Assembly (NCBI GenBank): GCA_021798195.1
Contig: JAJZYH010000004.1
Location: 8,095 to 72,094, forward strand
DNA from: Thermoplasmata archaeon
GTDB taxonomy: Archaea > Thermoplasmatota > Thermoplasmata > Lutacidiplasmatales > UBA184
DNA length: 64,000 bases
Direction of reading: 5' to 3'
The position numbers and the translations under genes were made by a program. Positions 27,224 to 36,497 of the stretch are shown here, in pieces; position 1 is the first letter of the stretch, and every line of letters starts with the position of its first letter. The notes beneath the pieces are model-generated. The model searched no databases. It worked only from the letters and a program-made list of their open reading frames with translations, and was not told the origin of the DNA.

Positions 27224-28783
27224 GTGATGGACGGAGGCTCCCGCGCAGGGGCCGCCCCCTCCCTGCGTCTCCGGGGCTGGGCACCGCTCCCGCCGGACGG
27301 ATCCTCCCGCGACCGTGTGGCCACCTACCTTCCGCATGAACGGGAGATGTGGGACCGCTGGAGGGATTGGATCCGGGCCGTCCAGCGCACTCCCTACGGG
27401 CATCGCGTCCCCGGGGAACTCACCGCGGTCCTGCGCCTCGAGATCCCGTCCCTCCCGTTGCGCCGGGCCCTCGGGCGCCGCCCCCTTTACCGGGCTTATC
27501 CCCTGCCCGGGCGGCCCGTGGACGCAGGCTGGGTCACCTTCCCGTCCCCTTCCCCGGAGGTCCGGGACGGGGGAGTGTACCAGCTCACCCAAGTGGTCCG
27601 CCGCGCCCTGTCCATGGAGGGGAGCCGGAACTCCACCGGCCCCGTGGAGATCCTCGAGGCCGGGATCGCCACCTTCCTACCCATGGAACGATTCTACCCG
27701 GCCCCGCGTCTCAAGGGACCCGGTGAGATCCGTTCCCTCCTCCTGGAGGTGAGCGACTCCCTGGGGACTCCCCTCACCCTGGCGGAGACGCTCCTCTACC
27801 CCTTCGTGGGCGCCCCCCCCTGGCATGGGGCACCCTCGGGTCTCGACCTGGTGGTGGGGAGCTGGAACATCCCGCAGCGCAGGCTCCGGGACGCCGCCCA
27901 TCCCCTCCGGGCACTCCTCCCGCCATGGTCCTCCCGCGGCTCCCGGCGGACCCGCCCCGCACGGGAGGATGCGGCCTCCCTGGAAGGATCCCTCACCCTG
28001 CGCCCGTACCAGGTGTTCGTGGACCCACTGGGACGGCAAGGCATCCGCTCCCTCCAGGGGAAGACCCCCCAGACCGACACCTCGCACCTTCTCTACGGGA
28101 ACGTGGAGACGGAGTGGCTCTCGGCCATCCTGTTCCAGGTGCACCTACCGGTCCTTCGCCCGTGGACGCACTTCCAGGGGCTCATGGACGCCCGTCCGGA
28201 TCCCGAGCTCCAGGCCGTGGTCCAGGACCATCTCATCCGGGCCCACTTCACCGAGCCGTTGAGCCCCGAGCCCTCCGAGGTCTACCGGGCCATGGAGGAG
28301 CTTTCCCCCCGGATCCGGGAAGCCCTGGGATCCCTCCTGGTCGCGGCCGGCCTGCCGGCGCGGGATTACGAACGGGCCCTGGAGAGCTTCCGCCCGCTGC
28401 GCGATCACCTGGTCCAGGGGGCCCTTTCCCAGGCGCGGCTCTGGGCCCGCGCCGAGGCGGGAAGGGATGAGTTCCGGGCCCTCGCGGACTGTTACCTGGA
28501 CAGCGTGGCCTTCCTGACCCATTCGACCCGCCCCGCGGAGGTCCGTTCCCTCCTCACCCAATCGAGCCGCATCCGCTCCCGCGCCCAGGAGGCCCATCTC
28601 CTGGCGGTGAAGACACTCCTCCTGGAGATCCCGGACATCACCTTCGCCGAGCTCTTCGACCGCCTGAAGGCAAAGGGGGTCGTCCGGGACCCCCTCGCGC
28701 TGGAGGCGTACCTCCATCAGCTGGAGACGGAGGGACGCATCCTGTCCATCCGTCCGGGGACCTACCGCTGGATCTGGCTGTAG
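27224..28783 (+). CDS. Hypothetical protein with MCM-like lid and C-terminal winged helix, no Walker A
   Basis: 519-aa ORF with host-like codon use; RDHLVQGALSQARLWAR and LHQLETEGRILSIRPGTYR resemble MCM C-terminal elements; exact start uncertain. Confidence 0.65.
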   Translation: MMDGGSRAGAAPSLRLRGWAPLPPDGSSRDRVATYLPHEREMWDRWRDWIRAVQRTPYGHRVPGELTAVLRLEIPSLPLRRALGRRPLYRAYPLPGRPVDAGWVTFPSPSPEVRDGGVYQLTQVVRRALSMEGSRNSTGPVEILEAGIATFLPMERFYPAPRLKGPGEIRSLLLEVSDSLGTPLTLAETLLYPFVGAPPWHGAPSGLDLVVGSWNIPQRRLRDAAHPLRALLPPWSSRGSRRTRPAREDAASLEGSLTLRPYQVFVDPLGRQGIRSLQGKTPQTDTSHLLYGNVETEWLSAILFQVHLPVLRPWTHFQGLMDARPDPELQAVVQDHLIRAHFTEPLSPEPSEVYRAMEELSPRIREALGSLLVAAGLPARDYERALESFRPLRDHLVQGALSQARLWARAEAGRDEFRALADCYLDSVAFLTHSTRPAEVRSLLTQSSRIRSRAQEAHLLAVKTLLLEIPDITFAELFDRLKAKGVVRDPLALEAYLHQLETEGRILSIRPGTYRWIWL

Positions 28784-28871
28784 CTCCCCACTCCGATGAG
28801 CTGGGGTTCCAATCCGGACCCTTCCATTAAATAGGGTCGTTGGGTCTATTCCGGATGAGGTCCCCGATCCC

Positions 28872-29102
28872 ATGGAGCGGCGGAGTTCTCCCCCGGTACG
28901 GGCTGCCCCCGGACCTTGCCCCGCCTGCCGGGGGCAGGGGATGGACCGGCGCTGGGCGTTCGACGAACGGGTCTCGGAGATCGAAGAGGTGGTCCGGCTC
29001 TGCCCTGCCTGCGGCGGGACCGGCCGCTCTCCCCCCCGTGTGGAGGTCCGCCCCGGTGCACCCGCCTCCACCTGGGCGTGGGGGCTCGGCTCCCTCCTGT
29101 GA
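28872..29102 (+). CDS. Small DnaJ-type zinc-finger protein
   Basis: CPACRGQG and CPACGGTG (CxxCxGxG twice). Confidence 0.65.
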   Translation: MERRSSPPVRAAPGPCPACRGQGMDRRWAFDERVSEIEEVVRLCPACGGTGRSPPRVEVRPGAPASTWAWGLGSLL

Positions 29103-29154
29103 GCCGGGATCCTCCCTCAAGCCTCTTCAAGGGGTTTCCCTTCCCCTCTCTGCC

Positions 29155-29469
29155 ATGCCGGAGCACGGAGAACGCACGTCTCCGCTTTCCTGCCCCTTCT
29201 GCGGTGCGCAGGAGACCGATCGGTTCTCCATGGAGGGCCGGCTCATGATCGTCTTCGCCTGCATGTTCACGCCGGTCCTGGACCCCTCGCTCTCGGAGGA
29301 GGAGGTCGCGCGGACCCTGCGCACGGAGTACGGGGCCGAAGGGCACGGCTATTTCCGGCGGCAGTGCGACCGCCTCCACTACTTCGTGGGCAGCGGAAAG
29401 GGGAAGGATATCCTCCTCGCGGAAGCGGACTCTCCGGGAGGGGAACCCGGGGCCCCGGGATCCCCGTGA
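29155..29469 (+). CDS. Small Cys-containing hypothetical protein
   Basis: CPFCG...FACMF...QCDRLH; ATG at 29155. Confidence 0.65.
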   Translation: MPEHGERTSPLSCPFCGAQETDRFSMEGRLMIVFACMFTPVLDPSLSEEEVARTLRTEYGAEGHGYFRRQCDRLHYFVGSGKGKDILLAEADSPGGEPGAPGSP

Positions 29470-29479
29470 AGCTCCCGAA

Positions 29480-30376
29480 CTAGGCGGGGACCGCCACGGC
29501 GCCGAGCTTGGCGAGCGCCCCCTGGGTGGAGACCAGATGCCGGGCGAGCCCCAGGGTCCCGGGATCCAGGCCCAGGGCGAGCCCCACAAGCTGCGGAAAG
29601 TGGAAGACCGGCATGTTCAGCTGGTGCCCCACCTGACGTCCCGCCTCCCGCTGGTAGGTGTCCAGGGAGATGTGGCAGAGGGGGCAGGGGGTCGCCATGG
29701 CGTCGGCCCCATGCTGCTGGGCGTCGAGGATCTGGGCGCCCGCGATCCGCTCCGCGGTGGCGGGCTTCACGAACTGGATGGGGAATCCGCAGCACATGAC
29801 ACGGCCCCGGTAGTCCACCGGTTCGGCCCCCAGCGCCCGGATCACGTCCTCGAAGGTGTGCGGGTCCTCCGGGTCGTCGAACTGCATCCGGTCGTGGGGG
29901 CGCAGGAGATGGCAGCCGTAGAAGGCCGCCACCTTGAGCCCCCGCAGGGGCCGGCGGACCTTGCTCCGCAGCGCCTCCGCGCCTCCCAGGTCCTCCACGA
30001 TGATCTGGAGGAAATGCTTCGGCGTTGCGCTCCCCGAATATGTGTAGCCGATCCCTCGGAGCGTGGCGTCCACGCGGGAGCGGATGGTGGGCGTCGTGGC
30101 GAGGACCTGGCCGGCCAGCTTGAGCATGCCCTGGCAGGTGGAGCAGACGGTCATCACCGTGGAGAGCCCCGCCCTCTCGGCGATGGCCAGGTTCCGCGCG
30201 TTGATGGCGACGTTCAGCGTGAGGTTCGATTCGTCCACGAATCCGCTTCCGCAGCAGGAGAAGGTGGGGAAGTCCACGAGTTCGAGACCCAGACGGGAGG
30301 CCACCGCCCGGGTCGCCATGTCGAGCTCCTTTCCCGATTCCTGGGCCACGCACCCCGGATAGTAGGCCACCTTCAT
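29480..30376 (-). CDS. HdrB-like CCG-domain subunit (SdhE-type anchor)
   Basis: YYPGC, SCCGSG, CSTC, FYGCHLLRP, CCGF, CPLCHISLD. Confidence 0.9.
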   Translation of the reverse strand: MKVAYYPGCVAQESGKELDMATRAVASRLGLELVDFPTFSCCGSGFVDESNLTLNVAINARNLAIAERAGLSTVMTVCSTCQGMLKLAGQVLATTPTIRSRVDATLRGIGYTYSGSATPKHFLQIIVEDLGGAEALRSKVRRPLRGLKVAAFYGCHLLRPHDRMQFDDPEDPHTFEDVIRALGAEPVDYRGRVMCCGFPIQFVKPATAERIAGAQILDAQQHGADAMATPCPLCHISLDTYQREAGRQVGHQLNMPVFHFPQLVGLALGLDPGTLGLARHLVSTQGALAKLGAVAVPA

Positions 30377-31392
30377 GCGGCACCCCCCGCCTTCGACGGC
30401 TGTTGGGTCGGCCCCTTGACTCCCTGCCCGGGGACACGGGGCCGGTGCTGGAGGTCCTCCGGCCGGTCCAGCTCCCGGTAGATCGCGTCGAGTTCCTCCC
30501 GCCCCTGGATGGGAGGGTGCTTCCGGATGGACTTCCCGTGACGGGCCAGTTCGATCCCCTTGGGGATCTGGCCCAGCATGCCCACGAGCCCCAGGGTCTC
30601 GCGGGCGAGCTTCATCTCGTTGAGGAGGCCCCCCTCCCGGATGTTGGAGGCGAACTTGATGGCGTGCCGGCTCCCCCGTTCCAGGGCGCCGAGCTCCTGG
30701 TTCGCCATCCACTTGAGATCGTGGATCCGCTCGGCGGGGCGCACGTCCTTGGGGCAGGATTCCACGCAGAGGTTGCAGCGCAGGCAGAGCCAGAGGGACT
30801 GGTTCTGGACCCCCAGGAGCCGCTCGTGGAACGCACCGTCCCGGGGGTCCACCACGAAGCGGAACAGCTTGGCGAGGGCCATGGGCCCCAGGAAATCGCC
30901 ATCGGACGCGATGGCGGGGCACGCGGAATAGCAGGAGGCGCAGGCGATGCAGCGGGGGGTCTCCTGGAATTGCGCCACCTGCTCCGGCGTCATGGGGCTC
31001 TCCTTGCCCACGGGCAGAGGGTGCTGCGGATCCGGGACCAGGTACGGCCGGATCGAATGGTAGCGCTGCCAGAAGGGGCCTTGGTCCACCACGAGGTCCC
31101 GCAGGACCGGCTGGTTCGCCATGGGCTCGATCCGGAGCTTCCCCCGCGCCCGGAACTCGGGCCCCACCGGCGTGAGGCAGGCGAGCCGGCTCTTCCCGTT
31201 GATCCGCATGGCGCAGGACCCGCAGATGGCCTGGCGGCAGGAGTACCGGAGGGTGAGGGTGGGGTCGATCTCGTCCCGGATCTTGAGGAGGGCGGTGAGG
31301 ATGGGGGTATGCTCCGGTATGTCCAGCGAGAACGTATCGAACCGCGTCTGCCCCGGGGATCCCCGAAAGACCTCGAATGGTATCGTCGGCAT
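30373..31392 (-). CDS. sdhB: Succinate dehydrogenase/fumarate reductase Fe-S subunit
   Basis: SCRQAICGSCAM, CIACASCYSACP, CLRCNLCVESCPK. Confidence 0.93.
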   Translation of the reverse strand: MPTIPFEVFRGSPGQTRFDTFSLDIPEHTPILTALLKIRDEIDPTLTLRYSCRQAICGSCAMRINGKSRLACLTPVGPEFRARGKLRIEPMANQPVLRDLVVDQGPFWQRYHSIRPYLVPDPQHPLPVGKESPMTPEQVAQFQETPRCIACASCYSACPAIASDGDFLGPMALAKLFRFVVDPRDGAFHERLLGVQNQSLWLCLRCNLCVESCPKDVRPAERIHDLKWMANQELGALERGSRHAIKFASNIREGGLLNEMKLARETLGLVGMLGQIPKGIELARHGKSIRKHPPIQGREELDAIYRELDRPEDLQHRPRVPGQGVKGPTQQPSKAGGAA

Positions 31393-31393
31393 C

Positions 31394-33070
31394 TCAATAC
31401 ACCCTCTCCTTGGGCGCGTACTCCGTCACCGTCACCGGCAGGTAGCTTAAGACGGGTCCCTGGGGGGACCAGAGCGCCATGGTGTGCTTCATCCAGTTGG
31501 CATCGTCCCGCCGGGGGAAGTCCCGGCGCACGTGGGCGCCCCGGGACTCGGTGCGCGCGAGGGCGCCGGCCACGATCACCTCCGCGAGATCCAGCATGTG
31601 GCCCAGCTCGATGGCGTCGGTGAGGTTCACGTTGTAGACGGTGGACTTGTCCTCCACGTAGCAGGAGGCGTACCGGGTCCGGATCTCCCCGAGCTTGCGC
31701 CGGGCGGCCTCGAGCTGCTCCGGGGTCCGGTAGATGCCCACGTCGGCCTCCATAGTACTCTGGAGATCATTCCTCAGGCGGGCGGGCGGCTCCCCCTCCC
31801 GGCGCTCCCAGAGCGCATGGAGTTCCTTCTCGGCCGTGGAGACGTCCTCCGGGGTGAGTTCCCCCGCCGTGGTCTTCCGGGCGAACTCGGCGGCGTTGGC
31901 ACCGGCGATCTTCCCGTAGACCAGCGTCTCCAGGAGCGAATTCGCGCCGAGGCGGTTGGCCCCGTGGACGGACACGCAGGCCGCCTCTCCGGCGGCGTAG
32001 AGTCCCGCCAGGTTCGTCTCCCCCCGGGGATTGGTGTGGATGCCACCCATCATGTAGTGCTGGGCGGGATAGACCGGGATGGGCTCGGTCACGGGGTCGA
32101 TCCCCGCAAAGTTCCGGCAGAACCCCACGATCTCCTGGAGCTTGGTCTCCACCTTCTCCCGGCCGAGGTGCATCAGTTCCAGGTGGCAGGTCCCGTCCGG
32201 GAACCCCCGTCCCTCCGCCACCTCGGTGGCGATGGCGCGGGAGACCACGTCCCGGGAGGCAAGGTCCTTGACGTGGGGGGCGTAGCGCTCCATGAACCTC
32301 TCCCCGTTCTTGTTCCGGAGGATGCCCCCTTCCCCCCGGGCCCCCTCGGTGATGAGGATCCCGGAACCCGGGAGGGCGGTGGGATGGAACTGAACGAATT
32401 CCATGTCCTTGAGGTAGGCCCCGGCGCGGTAGGCCAGGGCTCCCCCGTCCCCTGTGGACGCGTGCGAGTTGGTGGTCCGGGCGTAGATCCGTCCCGCGGG
32501 GCCCGTGGCCACCACCACGGACTTGGCCGCGAAGCCCTCCACCGTGCCGGTCTTCCGGTCCAAGGCCACGACCCCGTGGACCCGCCCTCCCCGGCTCACC
32601 AGCCGGATGGCATCCCATTCCTCGTAGATCCGGACCCGGGTCTCCCGCGAGATCTCCTCGTAGAGGGCCTGGAGCAGGGCGAGCCCCGTCCGGTCGGCCG
32701 CGAAGATGGTGCGGGAGTAGGAGGCGCCTCCGAACGCCCGCCGATCCAGGGACCCGTCGGGGGCCCGGTTGAAGATGGTCCCGAAATGCTCCATCTCGAT
32801 GACCGTGGGGCCGGCTTCCCGGCACAGGATCTCCACGGCATCCTGGTCGGCGAGGTAGTCGGAACCCTTCACGGTGTCGTAGACGTGGTCCTTCACGGAA
32901 TCCTGGGGACCCAGGGCCGCGTTGATCCCGCCCTGGGCGGCCCCGGAGTGGGAACGGAGCGGGTGCAGCTTGCTGAGGATCCCCACGTCGAGCCCGGACC
33001 GGATCGCCTCCAGGGCCGCCCGTTGTCCCGCAAGGCCCGCACCCACCACCAGAACATCGTGGCGCTGCGT
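31394..33070 (-). CDS. sdhA: Succinate dehydrogenase/fumarate reductase flavoprotein, apparent ACG start
   Basis: [55 protein letters not shown]; GGTGAT SD immediately before ACG at 33070. Confidence 0.93.
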   Translation of the reverse strand, partial: TQRHDVLVVGAGLAGQRAALEAIRSGLDVGILSKLHPLRSHSGAAQGGINAALGPQDSVKDHVYDTVKGSDYLADQDAVEILCREAGPTVIEMEHFGTIFNRAPDGSLDRRAFGGASYSRTIFAADRTGLALLQALYEEISRETRVRIYEEWDAIRLVSRGGRVHGVVALDRKTGTVEGFAAKSVVVATGPAGRIYARTTNSHASTGDGGALAYRAGAYLKDMEFVQFHPTALPGSGILITEGARGEGGILRNKNGERFMERYAPHVKDLASRDVVSRAIATEVAEGRGFPDGTCHLELMHLGREKVETKLQEIVGFCRNFAGIDPVTEPIPVYPAQHYMMGGIHTNPRGETNLAGLYAAGEAACVSVHGANRLGANSLLETLVYGKIAGANAAEFARKTTAGELTPEDVSTAEKELHALWERREGEPPARLRNDLQSTMEADVGIYRTPEQLEAARRKLGEIRTRYASCYVEDKSTVYNVNLTDAIELGHMLDLAEVIVAGALARTESRGAHVRRDFPRRDDANWMKHTMALWSPQGPVLSYLPVTVTEYAPKERVY

Positions 33071-33372
33071 AGGATCACCAGGGGACGCGTACCCCGGGTC
33101 GATTATAACCCTTGGGCCCGCGAGGCGCCCGGGCCCCCGGCCTGGAGAGTCCCGGGATCGATTCCCGGGGCGCATCCTCCATCGCGGAAGGAAACCGCCC
33201 CGAAGGGAGCGCCGGATGCGCTCCCTCCCTCCGCCCAGGGGAGGGGTGCGAAGGGGATGGACGGGGTCTGCCCCGTCCATGGGTCCCCATCCGGTCGCCG
33301 AGAAGCTTTTGCCTCCGCACCTCGTAGGGAGAGCGAGAGCCCTCGGATGGCAGGGAGGGATCCCGGGCGAGG

Positions 33373-34023
33373 ATGGCGTCGACATCGGCGGATCCGCTGC
33401 GGATCCTCTTCGACACTTCGGCCATCCTGGACCTGTTCGCCCGGTGGACCGACGACCACCGGCAGCGGAGGGGGGACATGATCCGGGAGGTGGAGCTCCT
33501 GCGCCCCTTGAGCCCATTCCTCTACAGCACCGAACCCATCCGCGACGAGATCCGGCGCCAGATGTCCATCGCCGGAGAACTCAGCCGCTACATCCACTTC
33601 GAGAGCGTGGGCGATCTCGGGGCCGTGGACGCGTCCCGGTTCCCGCGATCCCGATGGGCCGACCTGAGCCTCACGGCCCTCGCACGGCGGATGGAGAGTT
33701 CGGAGTGCCGGGTGTTCATCCTCACCAAGGACCGGACGTTCGTGGAGGACCTCCGGAGGATGGATTGCCACGCCCGGATCGTTCCCCCCACCGGGTTCGC
33801 GGAGGCGATCACCGTCATTTCCCGCCCGGGCAGCCGGAGCGAACAACTGGCCCATCAGCTCCAGAACAACGCCTTCGTGAACATCTCCCGGGACATGCAG
33901 ATCGTGAAGAAGGAGCAGGGGGAGGCCGCGTACTCCGACTGGCAGACATTCCTGAATTCCCGGACCCCGGACCGACACGACCTCATCGAGGCGGTCCGGG
34001 CGACCCGCGTCCGATTGGACTGA
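33373..34023 (+). CDS. PIN-domain-like protein
   Basis: [23 protein letters not shown] acidic-residue pattern. Confidence 0.6.
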   Translation: MASTSADPLRILFDTSAILDLFARWTDDHRQRRGDMIREVELLRPLSPFLYSTEPIRDEIRRQMSIAGELSRYIHFESVGDLGAVDASRFPRSRWADLSLTALARRMESSECRVFILTKDRTFVEDLRRMDCHARIVPPTGFAEAITVISRPGSRSEQLAHQLQNNAFVNISRDMQIVKKEQGEAAYSDWQTFLNSRTPDRHDLIEAVRATRVRLD

Positions 34024-34101
34024 GGGCGGGACGCGCCGCGGGGTGGGGGCCCACCCTCCGGCACGGGGCTTCTCCCTGCGCGCCACGACGCATCTATAGC
34101 T

Positions 34102-35892
34102 TCAAACGAGAGGTTGCCGGAGCGGCTCCCGACGGGCCATCCAAGCCCGGATCTCCTCCCGCATCGTGGGGCTCCCCTTGCGCAGGATCCCGAGGAACTC
34201 CCGTAGCATCGGGTCCCGGTGCTTCGCTCGCGCCACGTCCGACCGACACCGCCGCGTTCGACCCTTGAGACGGCGAGCTTCCGAGAGTTTCTCCTTCGAC
34301 ACCGTCCCCATCGCCCGCACGATGTCCTCCCGCTCCCATCCCATCGCCTTCGCATATCCCTCCCGACTCCAGTTCCCCACCACCGCCATCAGCGCCCCGT
34401 GACGCGTCATCTCCTCCTCCGTCCGACCCTTCCTCGTCCGTCCTCGGATCGACAGGCGGATCTCCCGATGCCCGTGCTCGCTCCGCCAGTTCGTCCGCTC
34501 GATCTCCCTCCACCTCCCCCGAAGGTCCCGTACCTCCACGAACAGGTTCCCCTTCCTCTTCTCCCACGCCTCCCGCCTCTGCCGGACCCCCTGACGCACC
34601 TCCTCGTCGTCGATCCCCTCCGCCACCCCCTCCCATCGTCCCAGGACCTCCTCCACCTGACGGCGCTCCTCCGCCGCCGCCACCGCCACCGCTTCCCCGT
34701 CCGACCCCGTCACGTCCCGTCCCACCCCCAGCGCCTCCCGATACTCCCCGAACGCCTCCGTGAGGGTCTTCACCCGATACGCCAGCCGTGTGAACTCCCC
34801 ATCCTCCGCGAGCTTCCCCAACAGACCGTCCGCCTTCGCCAGCGAGCCGAGGAGCACGCTCCGCCCCACGTTCCACATCGCCAGCTCGTGCACCAGCGGG
34901 GCCACCGACCACACCTGGCGGGCGATCGTCCCATACGTCAGCTCGAACGGGAACCGACTCGCCCGCTCCCTCGGCCCCAGCACGTGGTCCTGCAGGATCC
35001 TCATCCACCTCGGCTCGGCGTCCTCCAGGAGCCGCTCCAACTCCTCCGCGCACCTCCGCCCCGACCCCTGCCAGTCCTCCTCCTTCCCCGGGGTGAGCTC
35101 GTTCAGTCGGGCCAGCACCCGGGTTCCCAGCAGCTTGCGCCGCACCTCCCCTTCGAGCTTCTCGAACAGGTCCTTCCCCACGTCCCGAACGTAGTGGAAT
35201 TGGCACAGCTGGAGCGGGAGACCCGACCATACCTGCCTCACCGCCTTGAGGATCCCCGTCCCCATGTCCGAGACGAGGCCCCGGGGGCGGCCGAGGGCCG
35301 CCTCCAACTCCCGGAAGAAGGCGGCGATCTCGTCCGCGTTCTCGGTGTCGAGGACCCGGGCGTCGAGGACGAGGCCGCTCCACTCGTCCCAGGCGACGAA
35401 GACGACGGGGCTCCCGGCCGTCTCCGTCCCATCGACATGGAGGAGGTAGCCCCCCTGGTCCTTCAGGGTCTTCCGAAGGGCGGGGAGCGCCCGACGGTGG
35501 AGCGCGTAGGCCCGGAGGAGGAACTCCTCCCGCCGCAGCGAGACGGTCCCGGTGCTCGGCCCCCCGTCCTCGAGGGTGGCGTGCCGACGGGTCCGCTGCT
35601 GGGTCTCCTCGAGGAAGAGGCTCTCGAGGCCGAGGAGGGTGGCGACCTTGAGGTCGTAGGTCCGATGCGCCGGAGCGACCTTGGCCAGCACGGGCGCCAC
35701 CCAGTAGAACGGCGTCTTCGGGTGGTGACGGCAGACCCGGAGGGAAGTGCGGAAGATCAGGGTGCTGCCGACGGTTTGGATCTTCCGTCGGAGCGTCTTC
35801 GGGACCTCGAGTTCCCCGTGGCACGTCGGACAGCCGGAGGGCGGTGGGGCGAGGTCGCTCGGTAGAAGAGGGAGATGGAGCGCGCGGTTTTT
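34102..35892 (-). CDS. Transposase OrfB (Zn ribbon plus DDE), reached by probable -1 frameshift
   Basis: HVDGTE, LVSDMG, CQFHYVRD, TNWRSE; frame stays open upstream of 35700 through CPTC...CRHH with no start codon. Confidence 0.8.
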   Translation of the reverse strand, partial: KNRALHLPLLPSDLAPPPSGCPTCHGELEVPKTLRRKIQTVGSTLIFRTSLRVCRHHPKTPFYWVAPVLAKVAPAHRTYDLKVATLLGLESLFLEETQQRTRRHATLEDGGPSTGTVSLRREEFLLRAYALHRRALPALRKTLKDQGGYLLHVDGTETAGSPVVFVAWDEWSGLVLDARVLDTENADEIAAFFRELEAALGRPRGLVSDMGTGILKAVRQVWSGLPLQLCQFHYVRDVGKDLFEKLEGEVRRKLLGTRVLARLNELTPGKEEDWQGSGRRCAEELERLLEDAEPRWMRILQDHVLGPRERASRFPFELTYGTIARQVWSVAPLVHELAMWNVGRSVLLGSLAKADGLLGKLAEDGEFTRLAYRVKTLTEAFGEYREALGVGRDVTGSDGEAVAVAAAEERRQVEEVLGRWEGVAEGIDDEEVRQGVRQRREAWEKRKGNLFVEVRDLRGRWREIERTNWRSEHGHREIRLSIRGRTRKGRTEEEMTRHGALMAVVGNWSREGYAKAMGWEREDIVRAMGTVSKEKLSEARRLKGRTRRCRSDVARAKHRDPMLREFLGILRKGSPTMREEIRAWMARREPLRQPLV

Positions 35893-36311
35893 CTTCCCGC
35901 CTCGACACGCACCCCGACGGCGACGAGTTCCTCGGCGCGGACGGGGAGGCCGATGCGGGAGACGAAGGCGGCGAGGTCGCGGGAGGTGAGGTCGTCCTGG
36001 CGGAGGGCGTCGGTGAGGGTGGGGAAGTCGACGGGAGGGAGGGGGAAGGGGCCGTCCTCGACGACGCCCGGTAGGGTAGGGCGAGGGACGGGATGGCCGT
36101 GGCGGGCGAGTTGGGCGTAGAAGGCATGGAGGAGTTGGTCGTCGTGCAGGGCCAATACCTTCCGCTCGAGTGCGGTGCGTTTCTCCGAGGTGAGGATGTC
36201 GAGACGGCCAAGGTAGAGTTCGGTCCGGTTTCGCACGCGGGATCCGTCGCGAAAAGCTCTGGCGACAACCCAGTAATCATGGCCGCGGTTAGGGCAAATC
36301 TCGAGGAACAT
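35757..36311 (-). CDS. Transposase OrfA (IS1634-like N-terminal domain)
   Basis: YWVVARAFRDGSRVRNRTELYLGRLD; overlaps orfB across GGGAAGAAAAAC. Confidence 0.7.
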   Translation of the reverse strand: MFLEICPNRGHDYWVVARAFRDGSRVRNRTELYLGRLDILTSEKRTALERKVLALHDDQLLHAFYAQLARHGHPVPRPTLPGVVEDGPFPLPPVDFPTLTDALRQDDLTSRDLAAFVSRIGLPVRAEELVAVGVRVEAGRKTARSISLFYRATSPHRPPAVRRATGNSRSRRRSDGRSKPSAAP

Positions 36312-36417
36312 GGTACCGGGACAAATGCTCTGGCGACATACCCTCCATTTCGGGTCACCACCGTCGAGATGGCAAGGACTGGCTGGTCCGGCGGCAACCC
36401 CTCGTTTGAAGCTATAG
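36079..36417. repeat. 339-bp direct repeat, copy 1 (IS end)
   Basis: Appears identical to 38880-39218 (offset 2801). Confidence 0.92.
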
Positions 36418-36497
36418 TCCCACAGCCTCGAGGACGCATGTATTTAAATGGGACTGCCGCATTTAAAAGAGAAAAACCTACGTGCTTGAGGTATCCC

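Larger units (their letters stand above)
34094..36417 (-). mobile_element. 2324-bp insertion sequence (MULE/IS256-superfamily-like)
   Basis: 26-bp TIRs CTATAGCTTCAAACGAG(A/G)GGTTGCCG with 1 mismatch; two overlapping ORFs; orfB stop lies inside the TIR. Confidence 0.88.

Noticed and set aside
33071-33517. 149-aa N-terminal extension of SdhA
   Set aside because: Low-complexity, overlaps the divergent PIN gene and spans the sdhA TATA box.
36433-36439. GACGCAT near the inner TIR as a target duplication
   Set aside because: It is 15 bp from the TIR and only a 7-of-8 match; probably chance.
36093-36497. 773-aa version of the cargo ORF starting inside the IS
   Set aside because: The extension runs antisense through orfA and the TIR; TATA boxes and the signal helix support ATG 36498.
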